Of a DNA stretch of 64,000 nucleotides, positions 40,589 to 54,590 are shown piece by piece. A program made the position numbers and the translations under genes. The notes below the pieces were generated by a model. It was not told the DNA's origin. It saw nothing but the letters and a program-made list of their open reading frames with translations, and did no database searches. How positions within the stretch are numbered: position 1 is the first letter of the stretch; each line of letters starts with the position of its first letter. Source of the DNA: Octopus sinensis (lineage: Eukaryota); the NCBI RefSeq assembly GCF_006345805.1, contig NC_043010.1, positions 53,692,001 through 53,756,000 of the forward strand. Direction: 5' to 3'.

Positions 40589-41939
40589 AAACACATACAC
40601 GAGCACACACATGCTGGCGCACATATACGTACGTTTCGACTAGTTAAGCCAACGTCGCCACTCTGACGAAGGTTCAACTCTCTGAAAATTCGAAGACACA
40701 ATCAACACGATTGTTATTTGGAAAATTCAGTAACTTCTAAACTGGAGTGAGACAGCATGTTCTTTGTCTATCTCCTTAACTTCTTGGAGATTTGAGGCAT
40801 AATTATACTAATGTATCCATCTGTTCTAATTTAATTAAATTCTATGTCTTTGTGCAGCTGAAGATTGCTCTGCATTTAAAACTGATGTAATGATTGCATT
40901 GTTCAATTAAATGGAGTTGCACGAAACGATCGTACTGCATTACCTCTGGATATCCTTGTTTCTCATTTTGATTATATATATATATATATACAAAAAGAAG
41001 AAAAATACAAATATCATTAACTGGCATTGTAGCGCACTCCATGTTGAAACAGTTAAACTACACTCCGTAATTCTTTTACTCTGATTCTGGGAGTGAAGCG
41101 TTTCTGAAAGATCAATACCTTTACAATTGAAATATGTATCGAACCCCACTGCGACTGATGTGTTTCTAACAATTGTTATATCTCAATTTTTCAAACGTAA
41201 TACTTAGCGAAATTTTCCGAATCATTTTGAACTTTAACATTTCAGAATAATTTCTACATGCCCTGAAACCAAATTTCGAAAATGGCTGATGTGTTATAGT
41301 GTTTGTGTCTGCTGTGTTAATCTTGTTTACCACTAGCAACGTCAACAGTATCTGATCTTTCCCTTCTATTATATTATATTTTGATGTCTACGCACGTATA
41401 TACACTTGCACACACATACGTACATACATGTGTATACTAAGATAATCATCTCAAGTCACATGTACGCTTTCCTACGAATGAACACACGCAAATGTATGCG
41501 TGGAAATACATATGCAAATACGTACATTAAAAAAATAAATGACATACCTATACAGAGATGTATATATATATATACATACATACATACATACATAGATACA
41601 TACTCACACGCACACATATACCCACAAATATACACACATGTACATACAAACACATATACAACACATGTACAAACATACACATACACGAATTTTTAAAAGT
41701 ACTTCTGAAAAAACTTCAAATGCTTACGAAAATATATTTACCCGATTGAAATCGGTACTACTATTCTCTGCAAATTGAACTTTTTTGAATGTTCAATGTG
41801 TTCCTCTCAACAAGAATTCTATCTCTTTTAGAATTAGTATAACGTGCTTTATTCTTGTGAAGAGCCACTTTTGTGACCCTGACGAATGACTCTCTATTCT
41901 ATACTATCCTTTTCTCACTAAGCTAACAGAGGAAGTTAT

Positions 41940-42300
41940 TAACAACGACATCCTCCATCAACTTGATTCTCTATGTGTTCTTAGTGGCTACTTGTCTAGA
42001 TTTCATAAACTTAGATCCACCGCTGATCTACTCTCCTCTGCTACATGCAAAAGGACTGTGCTCATGGAGAAAGTTTGTGAAAATAGTTGTCCACATCATC
42101 AAAGTTTACTACCTCGTTTCATATGTAAAACTTCTGTCGAAACTTATTTGTGGATGTTGCTTGTCTCACGTTTCTTGGATCTGAGTCTTCCAATTAGGTA
42201 ATACTACTACGGTGTGTATTGACAGAGTACATTCTGATCCTACTCTTACCACAGCCGTCGTGGGCCGCAGCTCAGTTTTATCTCTCACTCTTTTCTTTTT
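41940..42300 (+). pseudogene. CR1/Jockey-type LINE RT fragment
   Basis: RFHKLRSTADLLS, IIKVYYLVSYVKLLSKL, VSWI and SSVLSLTLF match GFR..RST.D.L / D.SKAFD.V.H..LL.KL / QGSVL.P.LF. Confidence 0.7.
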
Positions 42301-43504
42301 GTGTAGCAATGACTTATTAGCCACTACATGCAATGGTACAACACTTTATTCATGTCTAATATTACCTTAATATTCTCTTAATATCGTTATCTATACAAGT
42401 TATGGCTAGTAATATAATTCTTATATTGTGTCAGTAAAAATACATTCGTCAGTAACTATGAAATACAATAAAATATTGGAGAGTGAGATACAGATTATGA
42501 TCAGACGATAAATATATAAGTATTTTATACAATGTAGAAACTTGAACGTGAAGCACAATTTAATAAGAAAAGCATTGGAAAAAATATTTTCCATTGAGCC
42601 CCAGTTGGGCGATATTGCAGCGTGTTCGTGTTTTATCAGAAGAGCTGATAGAGGTGTAATATGGCAAAAGCAAAAAAATTTTTTAAATATTAAAAAAATT
42701 CGATGGAACATTTTCCTGAAGGGATGTGCGACTGCCAGATGGGATTCCTTACTATCTCAGATATCACAGTTCCGTGATTAATATGTACGAATACCAACTG
42801 CATTTGCGTTGTGTAGAAGTGTGAAGGATGTTTGGTGTTAGGGTATTCTCTGACACGAAAGAAAAAAAACTAAGCCATAGGAATGTAATTCAAATATCTC
42901 TTTATAATACAAATAAAGACATCTTACTTCTAGCAGTTGAGAAAGTATTTAATTTTTGCTTTCGTTTAATGCCAAATAAAAAGAAATTGTTACATAAAGA
43001 TATATAAAGCATAGTTAGGTTTACCCAGTCCGCGGATGTAGTGTCGGATATGTCCTCATCATTTTCATATTAAAAGTTGTGTATGGTTACTCTTGACTTT
43101 TTAGTGTACATTCTAATATTTGGTATTCCATTGTGCAAGTAACTAAGTGAGCGATTACGCAATTCTGAATGTGCGTATAATTGTGCATTGTATACATATG
43201 CATATGTGTATAATAATATGTATATGCATATATATATATATATATGTTTACGTATATATAAATGATATTCGAGAACATGTGTGTATTGAATATACATACA
43301 TACATACATACATGTATACATACATACATACATACATACATACATACATACTACATACATACATATATGTAAATATACAGATTGAGAGAGAGAGAGATAC
43401 GTGTGTGTGCATATTTAAAATTGCTCTCCACTTATTCGTTGACAGCTGCTTTGTGTATAATCGCATGCGAAGATACACGACGTATAGAGAAATTCACATC
43501 CGTT

Positions 43505-43552
<48 letters not shown>

Positions 43553-44339
43553 GGGTGTAAATTCTTATCCACATATACATGCAGAGGATGATAAAGATGG
43601 AGTGAGCGGGAGGGCAAGAGAGAGAGAGAGAGAAAGAAGGAGAGAGAGAAAGAGAGAGAGATAGGGAAAGAAGGAGAGAGAGAGAAAGAGAGACAGAGAG
43701 AGAAGGAGTGTTGAGAAGTAGACGGATATGCAGACATGAGAAATATAGCCAGAGAGAGAGAGAGAGAAAATATATCGAGTTTATTCTTACTTCAAATCAA
43801 ATTGCTCTCCCCAATGATTCAATAGAGAAACATAATGTGCTGCAAATTTCTTTCAGAAATAACAAATAAAACTAAATAAAATTAGTGTACTTAAGTGTGT
43901 GCAGATAAAATGTAAAGAACGGACTGAAAACACAAAGACAAATCACACATAAACAACAATAAGAAAAACCGAAAAAAACCCCCTAAACACATATAATTAT
44001 TAAACATCAGACAGTTCTGTGCCAAAGAGAAAAACTCTAAATGGTCGCTGAGCATGCTAGAAACCTGTGCCAAATGAAGTTAAACCAGTAACGTTTTTTT
44101 CAAAGTAGGAATAGTATAAGCGTAAATTAGTTTGAAGAAACGAAACCTGAAAGAATAGCGTAGCTACGGCTAAAGTCATTGGTGTTTAACTCTACAAAGA
44201 GAAGGTCTCCACTAGCTATAAACATCAGATTGGTAGAACACAACGTGCTGGAAAGGGGGATTCGCATTTAGGATAGAAGGGGACTGTCCTAGTTCCATAA
44301 TTCTACATATACATACACACATATATATCGTAAATCTTT

Positions 44340-44540
44340 CAGACATTCGACTGCGACCATGCTGTAGCACTGCTTCGAAGTGATTTAGTAGAAAATTTAT
44401 TTTTTAAAGCCTGATTCTTATTCTATCGGACCCTTTTGCCGAACCGCTAGGTTATGGGGATGTAACCACAGCAACACCGGTTGTCAAGTGGTAGTGGTGG
44501 AAAAACACAGATACAAATGCACGCACACACACACACACAT

Positions 44541-44574
<34 letters not shown>

Positions 44575-44680
44575 GTATATATATATATGTACGTATTAAT
44601 AGTTGGGTATTATACCAACAGTATATTGGATAAGTATTATTCCTTAGTAGGTTGGATCCACAATCCCTAACTTACTTGGT

Positions 44681-44732
<52 letters not shown>

Positions 44733-44895
44733 GCAACGGGTTTCTTCTAGTTTCTGTCTACCAAATCCACTCGTAAGGCTTTGGTCGCCCAGTGGCTATA
44801 GTATAAGACGCCTGCCCAACGTGTCACGCAGTGGAACTGAACCCGGAAAGATGTGATTGGGAGGCAAGCTTCTTATTACATATCCATGCCTGCTC
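44340..44895 (-). mobile_element. Composite CORE-like SINE split by microsatellites and a nested repeat (44590-44680)
   Basis: 3' half at 44340-44490 and 5' half at 44733-44895 match the reverse complement of 33376-33790. Confidence 0.8.
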
Positions 44896-45167
44896 GTATA
44901 TTGAATTCTAAAAAGAAATGTCAAAACTTTCCAAGTTTAAGGTCGAGTACACTAGCGTTTGGCCGAGTAAACCTATTCCAGTGTTTATATTTTGAAGTTG
45001 TGTAAGTTACGGTAAGTTACGGAAACGCAAGCGAATCAACTTCCATAGTATATTAATGTAACACTTTATTCATTGCCAGAAGTTTGTCAACGGAGATTTC
45101 AATCCAAACAGTACTGATGTTATATATGTGAACCTAGGTAGCAACCATAATGAACATGATAAATGTA

Positions 45168-45399
45168 CTGGGTTGGTGCATAATTATGGCGGCTTTTCTC
45201 AACAAATTTTATTCAACAAAAACAATAACATGTAACAAAAACATATTTAAACGATTATTCCTGATCATATTCACCATCTACTTCAATTACTTTTTCCCGT
45301 TTTCTTGGCATTTAGAGATATTTTTTTTTACTATTGTTAGTGTTTTTTGTTGAATAAAATTTATTAAACATCAGCCGCAATAATTATGCGCGAACCCTA
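45168..45399. mobile_element. mariner-derived MITE (232 bp)
   Basis: Imperfect ~60-bp TIRs CTGGGTTGGTGCATAATTATGGCGGCT...AAATTTTATTCAACAAAAA with TA flanks. The TIR resembles the Hsmar1-type TTAGGTTGGTGCAAAAGTAATTGCGG. Confidence 0.78.
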
Positions 45400-45407
45400 T
45401 AATTCTT

Positions 45408-45795
45408 TTGGGTGTGTGGTAAGTAGCTTGCTTACCAACCACATGGTTCCGGGTCCAGTCCCACTGCGTGGTACCTTGGGCAAACGTCTTCTACTATAAC
45501 CTCAGGCCGACCAAAGCCTTGTGAGTGGATTTGGTAGACAGAAACTGAAAGAAGCCCGTCATATATATGTATATGTGTATGTGTGTATATGTTTATGTGT
45601 CTGTATTTGTCCCACAACAACGCTTGAAAACCGATGTTGGTGTGTTTACGTACCCGTAACTTAGCGGTTCGGCAAACGAGACCGATAGAATAAGTACTAG
45701 GCTTCCAAAGAATAAGCCCCGGGGTCAATTTGCTTGATTAAAGGCGGTGCTCCAGCATGGCCGCAGTCACATGACTGAAACAAGTAAAAGAGAAA
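45408..45795 (+). mobile_element. Composite CORE-like SINE, full length
   Basis: Matches 33376-33790. Confidence 0.9.
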
Positions 45796-46049
45796 AAGAG
45801 AGCCTTAGTTTACTTATACACACACATACACAGTGACACACAACGCACATACACACACAATGTGTCTAGTTGTGTGTGCATGTGTATATATATATATGCC
45901 CCCCATCCAATGGACGGTGCTGAATCATATCTGCTGAATAAAAACAATCAGTGTTTTCTTTTCATTAAAAAATAATTAAGCCTGCCTTTATTTCAATAAA
46001 ATTTTTGGTTTTGCTTTACGAAGTTAAGGCAAAAAAAACAAAAAAACTT

Positions 46050-46440
46050 CTTGAGAAACCAAATAGTCTTTCCTTTCTTTATGCCAAGTTTGAAAAAATA
46101 TCTCGTTTGCATCTTACTTTTTTGGTCTTTTAAATAGACTGCATTTCGTGGCATTATTTCAAGCCAGCCGGCTTTTTTTGCGCAAACTGCACTTGCATTT
46201 TTCTCGCGTACGCGTAGTATCGATCACAACAGCTGATGTACTTGTGCGTACAAATGCAAGTTCCCACGGCTTTATCGATCGTATTCTTACCTGGAATCAA
46301 TATTTGTAAGTTTTTTCATGACTTATACACGCCCTGATACCGTGGGTATCTACATATGAAATTTGAGCGCAAGCGGATGGAGGATACCCGAGATCCTAGA
46401 AGACACACAGACAGACAGAACGGATTTTGTATAATAGATA
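46050..46440 (-). mobile_element. Possible non-autonomous Helitron/Helentron-like element
   Basis: Minus strand begins TCTATTATACAAAA followed by (CTGT)n, as in DINE-1/Helentron-type MITEs. Internal inverted repeat CTTGCATTT...AAATGCAAG. Confidence 0.4.
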
Positions 46441-46814
46441 ATTATGAAAATATATTTGAAAACAGAGCATTCCTTCTCGGCACGGAAAATTGTGCAAACT
46501 TTGTGATAAAATTTGTTCCAAATTAATTACAGTGGCATTAAATTGATGTATTGCGGGCATCTTTTCATTTCTCCTCCTTCTCACGCACACTGCCAAGTTG
46601 AGACTAGACAGTACAACCATTCAAAGTAAAATACCAATAGTAATTAACTGTTCCAGCAAAGAGAACACAAATTATTGAACCGCATAGTAGGTCCATGAAA
46701 TATAACCGATGGTGGTTATATTTTTTTTACGTATTTTGGTTCAGATATATGAAAACAAATGCGCTTACCATTGCGTGTAATTCAATCTTTTAAAATCTTT
46801 TTATTCTTTTAATC

Positions 46815-47030
46815 TTTTCAGTCATTTGACTGCGGCCATGCTAGAACTCCGCCTATTAGTCGTGCAAATCGACCCCAGGACTTATTCTTTGTTAGCCTAG
46901 TACTTATTTTATCGGTCTCTTTTGACGAACTGCTTTACTACGGGGAGGTAAACACACCGTCATCGGTTATCAAGCGATGTTGGGGGGGACAAACACAGAC
47001 ACACAAACATACACACACATACATACATTC
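46815..47030 (-). mobile_element. 3' half of composite CORE-like SINE
   Basis: Matches the 3' half of the family; other partial copies lie at 35455-35630 (-) and 35990-36235 (+). Confidence 0.8.
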
Positions 47031-47376
47031 ATACATAAATACATACATACATATAGTGCTTGAATGTATATATACAGGTGTATGTTTGATCGTGCATCTG
47101 TTTCTATGCGACTTTCTATGTACTTACGTGTATGCGTATGTATTCAAATACGCCTCAAGAGTAAAGTGTGACACAGCCACACACGCACACATATATATAT
47201 ATATCTATTCATACGTGTACATATATACATTTATATATATATAAGCATATGCATACATAGCTCTCTCTTTATCTATCTATATATATATATATATATGCAT
47301 ATATAAATAAATATATATCTATTCATATATATTTATATGTATAAATATATATATATATAATATATATTTATAAGCA

Positions 47377-47475
<99 letters not shown>

Positions 47476-47976
47476 TATATATATGAATATACATGATTCT
47501 AGAATGTTTCAGTGCACGATATTTATTCCATTACAGAATTTGCGACAATTTTCTTTATGATTATACTAAATCTGATAACATTTTGTTGAATTATTTTCCT
47601 TTCATTGAAATAAATTTATTTACTATAAAACGAACAATAATTATTTGATCATAGAATATACCTTCCATTCTTTTTTTAATTTTTTGTAATCACCTCAAGC
47701 GAAGACCATCTCGAGCCGTCGTGAAAAGTTGCAGAAGTTCTCAAAGAGAGGAATCTTCACATCTTTGAGTTTCGTAATTGCTTCCAATTTTGCGATATCA
47801 GTTTTTCATTTATTTACTATTGTTCTCAAGATTTTCATTCCTGCTTTAGAATGAAGTGAGTTCATCACCCGTTCCGATCACACTTTTTCTTCTGTTCCGT
47901 TTAATTCTTTTAAGGTTTCAAAATATTTAATCTGCAAAGAAGTATAAAGGGACACACACCAACACGTGTGCATATG

Positions 47977-48024
<48 letters not shown>

Positions 48025-48390
48025 ATACATGTTTCTTTCCCACTCTCTCTCTCCTCATGTATATGAGTGTGTATGTATGTATCTATCTATTGATCGTCTC
48101 TAATTTTTTTTTCACAATCCCTTTTGTTTGGAATTCGACCCATTTTCTTTCTTTTATTCTTCCGCAAAAGAAAACCTGTCCTTTGTATTTTGACCCTTCT
48201 GTGTTCAGCCGTGCGTGGGCAATAAAGAAATCTATCAATACATACATATACATAATACACACACGCCCACACCCACATAATATATATATATATATATATA
48301 TATACACACCTGCTCTGTTGTTTCTTCACCAGTCTTCATCTTTTGTTTTCTCTAAATTTGCAGGCGGAGATAGCAGGAAAGGATGAAATA

Positions 48391-48433
<43 letters not shown>

Positions 48434-49104
48434 ATTGTGTGTGTGTGTGTGTGTGTTAGTGCGTGAGTCTGTGTATATATACATATGTACGTCTGTGCAA
48501 CCTCCATAAATCCATACATACACATTTGCATATATTTTAGTGTCGCGTAGACTTTAGCATAATCTAGACGGATGTCTTCAAATATGTTTTTAAGCTAATG
48601 AAATTATAACTTCAGTCTGTAGCAACGTCATTAACGCTCGTAAAATTTTATTTAATATATACACGAAACCTTATGTGATTTAGAGTGATAGAATATAAGA
48701 CAGTTAGTTACAGTGGTTCGCAGAATATCTTGCATGAATGAAAGAGTGTACATCTACATGGTGTCAAGGTCTATTAGGCAAAGGTATACAGTTTTTTTTA
48801 ACAAATCACATCTTACTTTTTTCAGAATAGGAAACAACACGTTTCATAAAATAGTTTTAAAAGTATAAAACGAAACAAAAACGAAACGGAGCAATCGCGG
48901 CTAAAACAAATTTTATTATCAAGAAACTTATTTATTTATGACTGACCGGAAGATAAATGACAAGATGAAATACTCTGTATGGTTGCCGAATATAAGAATA
49001 TCTCAATAATTTATCATTATTTGTCATTGCCCGCTATCTACATTCACTGCTGGAAATTCAGCGAGGCAGAGACCTGTCTTTTAGTCTGTCATGTTAAAAA
49101 TATA

Positions 49105-49425
49105 TTTGATATTATTTGTTCCTTATTGAGCCATGCCTGGCTCATAAGGGCCGGTTTCCCGGTTTCCCGGTTTCATTGCGGTATAGTTTCCCCACCTGGA
49201 CAGGAGGCCGGTACGCCACAGGTGAGCTGCTAGATGCATGAGGGAAGAGTGAGAGAAAGTTGTGGCGAGAGAGTCAGCGTAAGTTCGCCATTACCTTCCG
49301 CCGGAGACACGTAGAGTTTAGGTGTTTCATTTATAAACACACATATCGCCCGGTCTAAGGTTCAAACATGCGATCCCACGACCGCGAGCCCGCTGCTCTA
49401 ACCACTAGGCTATGAGCCTCCACAA
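49105..49425 (-). mobile_element. tRNA-derived SINE related to the 53129 family, with a different 3' end
   Basis: The reverse complement shares the head and the CCACAACTTTCTCTCAC segment with 53129-53510, then diverges. Confidence 0.75.
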
Positions 49426-50939
49426 AAATAATATATTAGGAACCCAAATAATTATAAAATCGTATTAATCGTGAAACCCGGTCCAGTTAAAATGTCTTAA
49501 GTAGTCGTTATCAATGATCGTTTATAAGTTTTCATGTTCTGTCGAATATATTATACGTGGGGTGTAGAGACAGATGTTCTTCTTAATTGCAACCTTTACT
49601 TTCTATGTCAAAATTCTCTCTCAATCAATAATACTATCATGAGTCAAATAAATAATCATATAATTACTAATGCAGTGATTCGTGTTCGTAGCCCCTTTCC
49701 TCGATCGAATGGACACTGCCAAAATATATGACATTGAGCCAGCATTAGAAACACTTAACGCATCAAGGTGCTAGAATCGCTGGCGCACCGAATAAAATAC
49801 TTTGCGGCATTTTTCTCGGCTTTACGTTTCTTGGTTTGAATTGTATGCAGATCGATGTAGCTTTTCCACCTTCCAGTGATCGATAATATAACTGACAGCT
49901 CAGCTAAGCAGTGGTGTCGTTATAACTAATGATTTTCTCCCGCCGCATATTTATTCGCCTTGTGCTGACATTGGAAACAATATTAGAAATATCAATTTAT
50001 CTTAACAAGAGTCAAAAATGTTGTTATGTCGCACGTTCGGATGCCTTCACTTCAACTCGACTCCACTCTACTCTGACTGCTACTCTCCTGTTCTCTCTGT
50101 TTCTTTATTAGCCACAAGGGCCCAAACATAGAGAGAGACAAACAAGGACAGACAGGACACCACAGATAGGACAATACATAGAACGAATATGATGAGATGA
50201 TTATACAATAATGGTGTTATGAATGGCTGCATGCGCCCCTCATCACATGCATTACCATTAATATTTTTAAACTGTCCGTTTTTATTCTATGTTTAACTAA
50301 CAATTAATTATCGTCTACCATTACAATTATTTGAACCGTTATATGTTCTCTAAAAATGTTCTGTTTTCCGATATTATTGAACATATCTTCTGTTCTCTCT
50401 ACCCTGACGTCTAGACGTCTCCCACTATACGTATTGGGCTAGTCTACGTCATCATCTGGGGGCTTCTACACACAACAAATGTTTATATGAATCGGAAGTA
50501 TATCCTCGGATGTTCACCTCACGCATTTCTTGATAAGATTCTAAGTGTCGAGTAAAATATTTGCTTTTTACATGTGCATGACGTTAAAATACATTCATGA
50601 TATCAAAATGCATCCATTCGGGAACTCGAGAATATTGTGGAATGTGGGGTCATCCATTAGTTACCATTACTCCCAGGTTCGTTCTAACCCGAAACGGTAG
50701 TGGATATCAGGGTTCCGTCAATGAGTTAAATAGATTTATGTAAGGTAGATTAAGCTCCTTAACTGCAGTGAAAGAAAGCACCCTAAAAGGAAGACTCTAA
50801 AATTAATACCATCTTCCAACATGCCCTATGCCAGCACATCATAGCATGACCGATGAAAGTAACACGAAGTACACTACCGTCAGAAATTAATTAGCACCCT
50901 TGATTTGCTCTCCACTCAAGGTATGTACTGTCACCTAGT

Positions 50940-51117
50940 GGCCATATCTCGAACTATTGCTTTGTTGCGAGTTCACTGTTGCGCAGAACGATGACGTAAC
51001 TTTGTTTGCAGAGCAGTTTGAGAGTCTACAGCCTTATGATGTTGACATAGCAGTGCAACAACAACTTGGAGTGCGGATGCAGACAAATCTTCCTTTGTTT
51101 AATAGATATAGGTAGCG
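50940..51117 (+). pseudogene. Non-LTR retrotransposon RT fragment
   Basis: QNDDVTLFAEQFESLQ..VDIAVQQQLGVRMQTN resembles the RT motif (Y/F)ADD..L.A...E.LQ...D......G..IN. Confidence 0.45.
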
Positions 51118-51388
51118 CCTCGCAAGGACCGAAATCACACCATACTAAGTTTTCTCATCGCGTAAGACGTTTTGAACAGCTCATAGGTTAATTGATTTAA
51201 CCTATTTAATGTAGAAATTTGAGAAGTGCTAATTAATTTCTGACGCAAGTGTATGTCCAATAACTTGAATTCATAACTATTAAGGCAATTATCTCATGTT
51301 AGTGAGAATTGTGCTGTACGCGGATATAGAAGGAAAGGACGACATGATGATTAATCATGTGAATCGAAAGAAGCTTAGATTCAAATCT

Positions 51389-51615
51389 AAGGCAGCGAGC
51401 TGGCAGAACAGTTAGCACGACGGGCGAAATGCTTAGCAGTATTTCGTCTGCCGCTACGTTCTGAGTTCAAATTCCGCCGAGGTCGACTTTGCCTTTCATC
51501 ATTTCGGGGTCGATAAATTAAGTACCAGCTATGCAGTGGGGGCGATGCAATCGACTTAATCGCTTTGTCTGTCCTTGTTTGTCCCCTCTATGTTTAGCCC
51601 TTTGTGGGCAATAAA
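51389..51615 (+). mobile_element. SINE, OK/Meta-like family, full length
   Basis: Matches the consensus. Confidence 0.9.
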
Positions 51616-52454
51616 AAGAAAAAGAAGTTTAGATTCAAATCATACAGGTATAAGATATGATATTGTATATTTTCGGGGCTTCGAACGGGAGTTGACTATG
51701 CAAACAAATGGTTAAAGTTATTCCAGTCCTTCTAAATGGTATCGTTTACGTTATTGTAGGCTTAGTGTAACGCCGGCTGAGTTATTCGCTATGACTTCGC
51801 TTTTTTGTATATGATGGTGAATTGTGATTTATGGCTTTCATGTAAAAGCGTTACCTAAATGTTGGGTTGTGTAATACAAATACGTGTAATACACTTTAAC
51901 GCTCACGTAAATTCTAGTGATATCAGTGTTACAGCGTTGCATGAAACGAGTTTCCATTAAAAAAAAACAAACAAAATACATGCAAAAGACAAGACGATAT
52001 GACTAGACAAACAATAATGTTAAAATATAGTAGAAAAACAAGACATATAAATATATAAGCAAATTCAACGCATGTACACTTCATCGATATTATCTATCAA
52101 CAAAATCGAGATTTTGATACTGAAGATAACTGCACTGCTTGTTGATTTTACATCTTAAAAATGATATGGAAATATTTGTCTTTTGTAACGGAGTGGATAT
52201 TTGTTGTTAATCGTAGCTTTCAACTGACTGTATTATGTCTGAGTTCACAAAGAAATGTGTATTAAAAACAAATGGTGGTAGATATCTGGAAAGCAGACCA
52301 GTCTGAGAAAAGCGTCTGTCGCCATTATAGGCTAGGTATTTTTTCCTGTTATATGGGGGCATAAATCTTATAATATCCCCACAATGATTAAGAGTACCAA
52401 ACGGCATTTTATACAAATACCTATGCGCCCACACACTGTACGTTGTAATGTTCT

Positions 52455-52682
52455 GGCAGAAACATTAGCACGCCGGGCGAAATGCGTAGCCGTATTTCGT
52501 CTGCCGTATTTCGTTGTGAGTTCAAATTCCGCCGAGGTCGACTTTGCCTTTCATCCTTTCGGAGTCGATAAATTAAGTACCAGTTACGCACTGGGGTCGA
52601 TGTAATCGACTTAATACCTATGTCTGTCTTTGTTTGTCCCCTCTATGTTTAGCCCCTTGTGGGTAATAAAGAAATAGGTATT
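52455..52682 (+). mobile_element. SINE, OK/Meta-like family
   Basis: Matches the consensus. Confidence 0.9.
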
Positions 52683-53128
52683 TATTGTACGAAAATATAT
52701 TAATTAATCGTTGACTTGCTTTGCTTCCTGTCAGCAGTTAGTGCCTGCTTTCATTTTAATAAGCAAGGTTTCACTAAATTTCCCTCCTGCTGTTGGATGC
52801 TGTCTATTATAAATTGCAAAATGTCGAAGAAGCAATTTACTTTCATACAAAATATACACAAATAACTTTCAGAAGACAAGGCAACGAATGAAATGTAGGT
52901 AGCTTCCTTAATCATTGATTCATTAATTACTGACACAAGATAACACAGTATGCTCAATTATAAACCATGTTCCACTTATCAGGGTTTGTTCTGCCATAAT
53001 AAGTGTCGAAGATTCTGCTTGTACCGAAAAAAGGTGTTCCAATGACCACTCTCAGTGCTCAGTTATCTGGAATACACTAGCTATGGCTTATATGACCGTG
53101 TTGCCAAGCTGTCTATTTTTCCTCATAA

Positions 53129-53510
53129 GGAGGCGCAATGGCCCAGTGGTTAGGGCAGCGGACTCGCGGTCATAGGATCGCGGTTTCGATTCCCATACCG
53201 GGCGTTGTGAGTGTTTATTGAGCGAAAACACCTAAAGCTCCACGAGGCTCCGGCAGGGGATGGTGGTGAATCCTGCTGTACTCTTTCACCACAACTTTCT
53301 CTCACGCTTTCTTCCTGTTTCTGTTGTACCTGTATTTCAAAGGGCCGGCCTTGTCATTCACTGTGTCACGCTGAATATCCCCGAGAACTACGTTAAGGGT
53401 ACACGTGTCTGTGGAGTGCTCAGCCACTTACACGTTAATTTCACGAGCAGGCTGTTCCGTTGATTCGGATCAACCGGAACCCTCGTCGTCGTAACCGACG
53501 GAGTGCTTCC
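53129..53510 (+). mobile_element. tRNA-derived SINE, third family, full length
   Basis: A-box TGGCCCAGTGG, B-box GGTTTCGATTCCC, non-tRNA body; homologues at 16555 (+) and 18486 (-). Confidence 0.88.
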
Positions 53511-54206
53511 ATCCATTTCTTTCATAAGATATTGCGTATTTGTATCTATCAACGTGAGACCAGTGAAAAAAAAATATGAAGACTCCTGGACCTAACAAAT
53601 GGCACAGACTAAAGTAATAAAATACGTGACCGTGAAAACTACGTTTCTGCAGAGGTGTTTTATTTAAAACTGATTCATTTATTACTGTGATATGTTTGGA
53701 AAGAAACACCATGGTGATAAACGAGGATATATGTACTAATAGAAAAATGTGGACAGATTTATCCGGAAAATGAAATGGTGAGCAAGCTTTTTCAACGGAG
53801 AAGATAACACATTCATGGCTTCAAAATTTCGTATATAAATCATATGATTCTCGAGAAGAGAATTAAAAAAAAAAATGTTTATTGTAAACATTCAATTAAA
53901 TAAAAAGAAAAGAAAACATTAACGATAATTAAGATTCTGAAATTTCGAAATGGAAATAAAATGAAATAAAAGCAAAACAATAAGCGAAATAAAATTAGAG
54001 ATATTCCACCTACATATTCTTGAAATCTGATAAGTGAAAAAAATTATACCGAATAGATTAGAGCACCTAACAACGCCACTTATCAAACACAATCACCAGA
54101 AACTAGAAAAATTGCGACAAAAGAATTATGTTTATGAATTTTATGTCTGTGGGCACACACACACACACACGCACCTACATATATATATATATATATATAT
54201 ATATAG

Positions 54207-54241
<35 letters not shown>

Positions 54242-54466
54242 CGCAAAACACGTAAAGACGGACACATATAAAATATTCTTGTATTGTTTATTCGTAGGAG
54301 AAAGACAGAATCAATATTACAAGAATGAAAAATACTGCACTCAATACTATGAAAAGGTTGAGGCTGATGTATTTATATTTTGCCAACGGGGAAATTCAAT
54401 TTGAATCGAAACAAGATAAACTCTTTAATCTACTCACCGCATTCACTGTATACTCGCACATAGAAA

Positions 54467-54590
<124 letters not shown>

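Noticed and set aside
40625-40700. CTGACGA...GAAA (plus) and GAAACGTACGT (minus) hammerhead-like pieces after the PLE RT fragment
   Set aside because: Helix III and helix I cannot be formed on the plus strand and the core is missing on the minus strand; at most a decayed relic.
42542-42781. 79-aa ORF of ordinary composition
   Set aside because: No recognisable motif or splice donor, and an ORF this long is expected by chance.
50400-51250. Cluster of TGACGT (CRE-like) hexamers suggesting a promoter or enhancer
   Set aside because: The region overlaps an RT-like relic, and a few hexamers in 850 bp are not enough evidence without chromatin data.
53129-53200. tRNA-like sequences at SINE heads (also 3027, 16555, 19748, 33376)
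   Set aside because: They have A/B boxes but no acceptor stem or cloverleaf, and they continue into SINE bodies; not tRNA genes.
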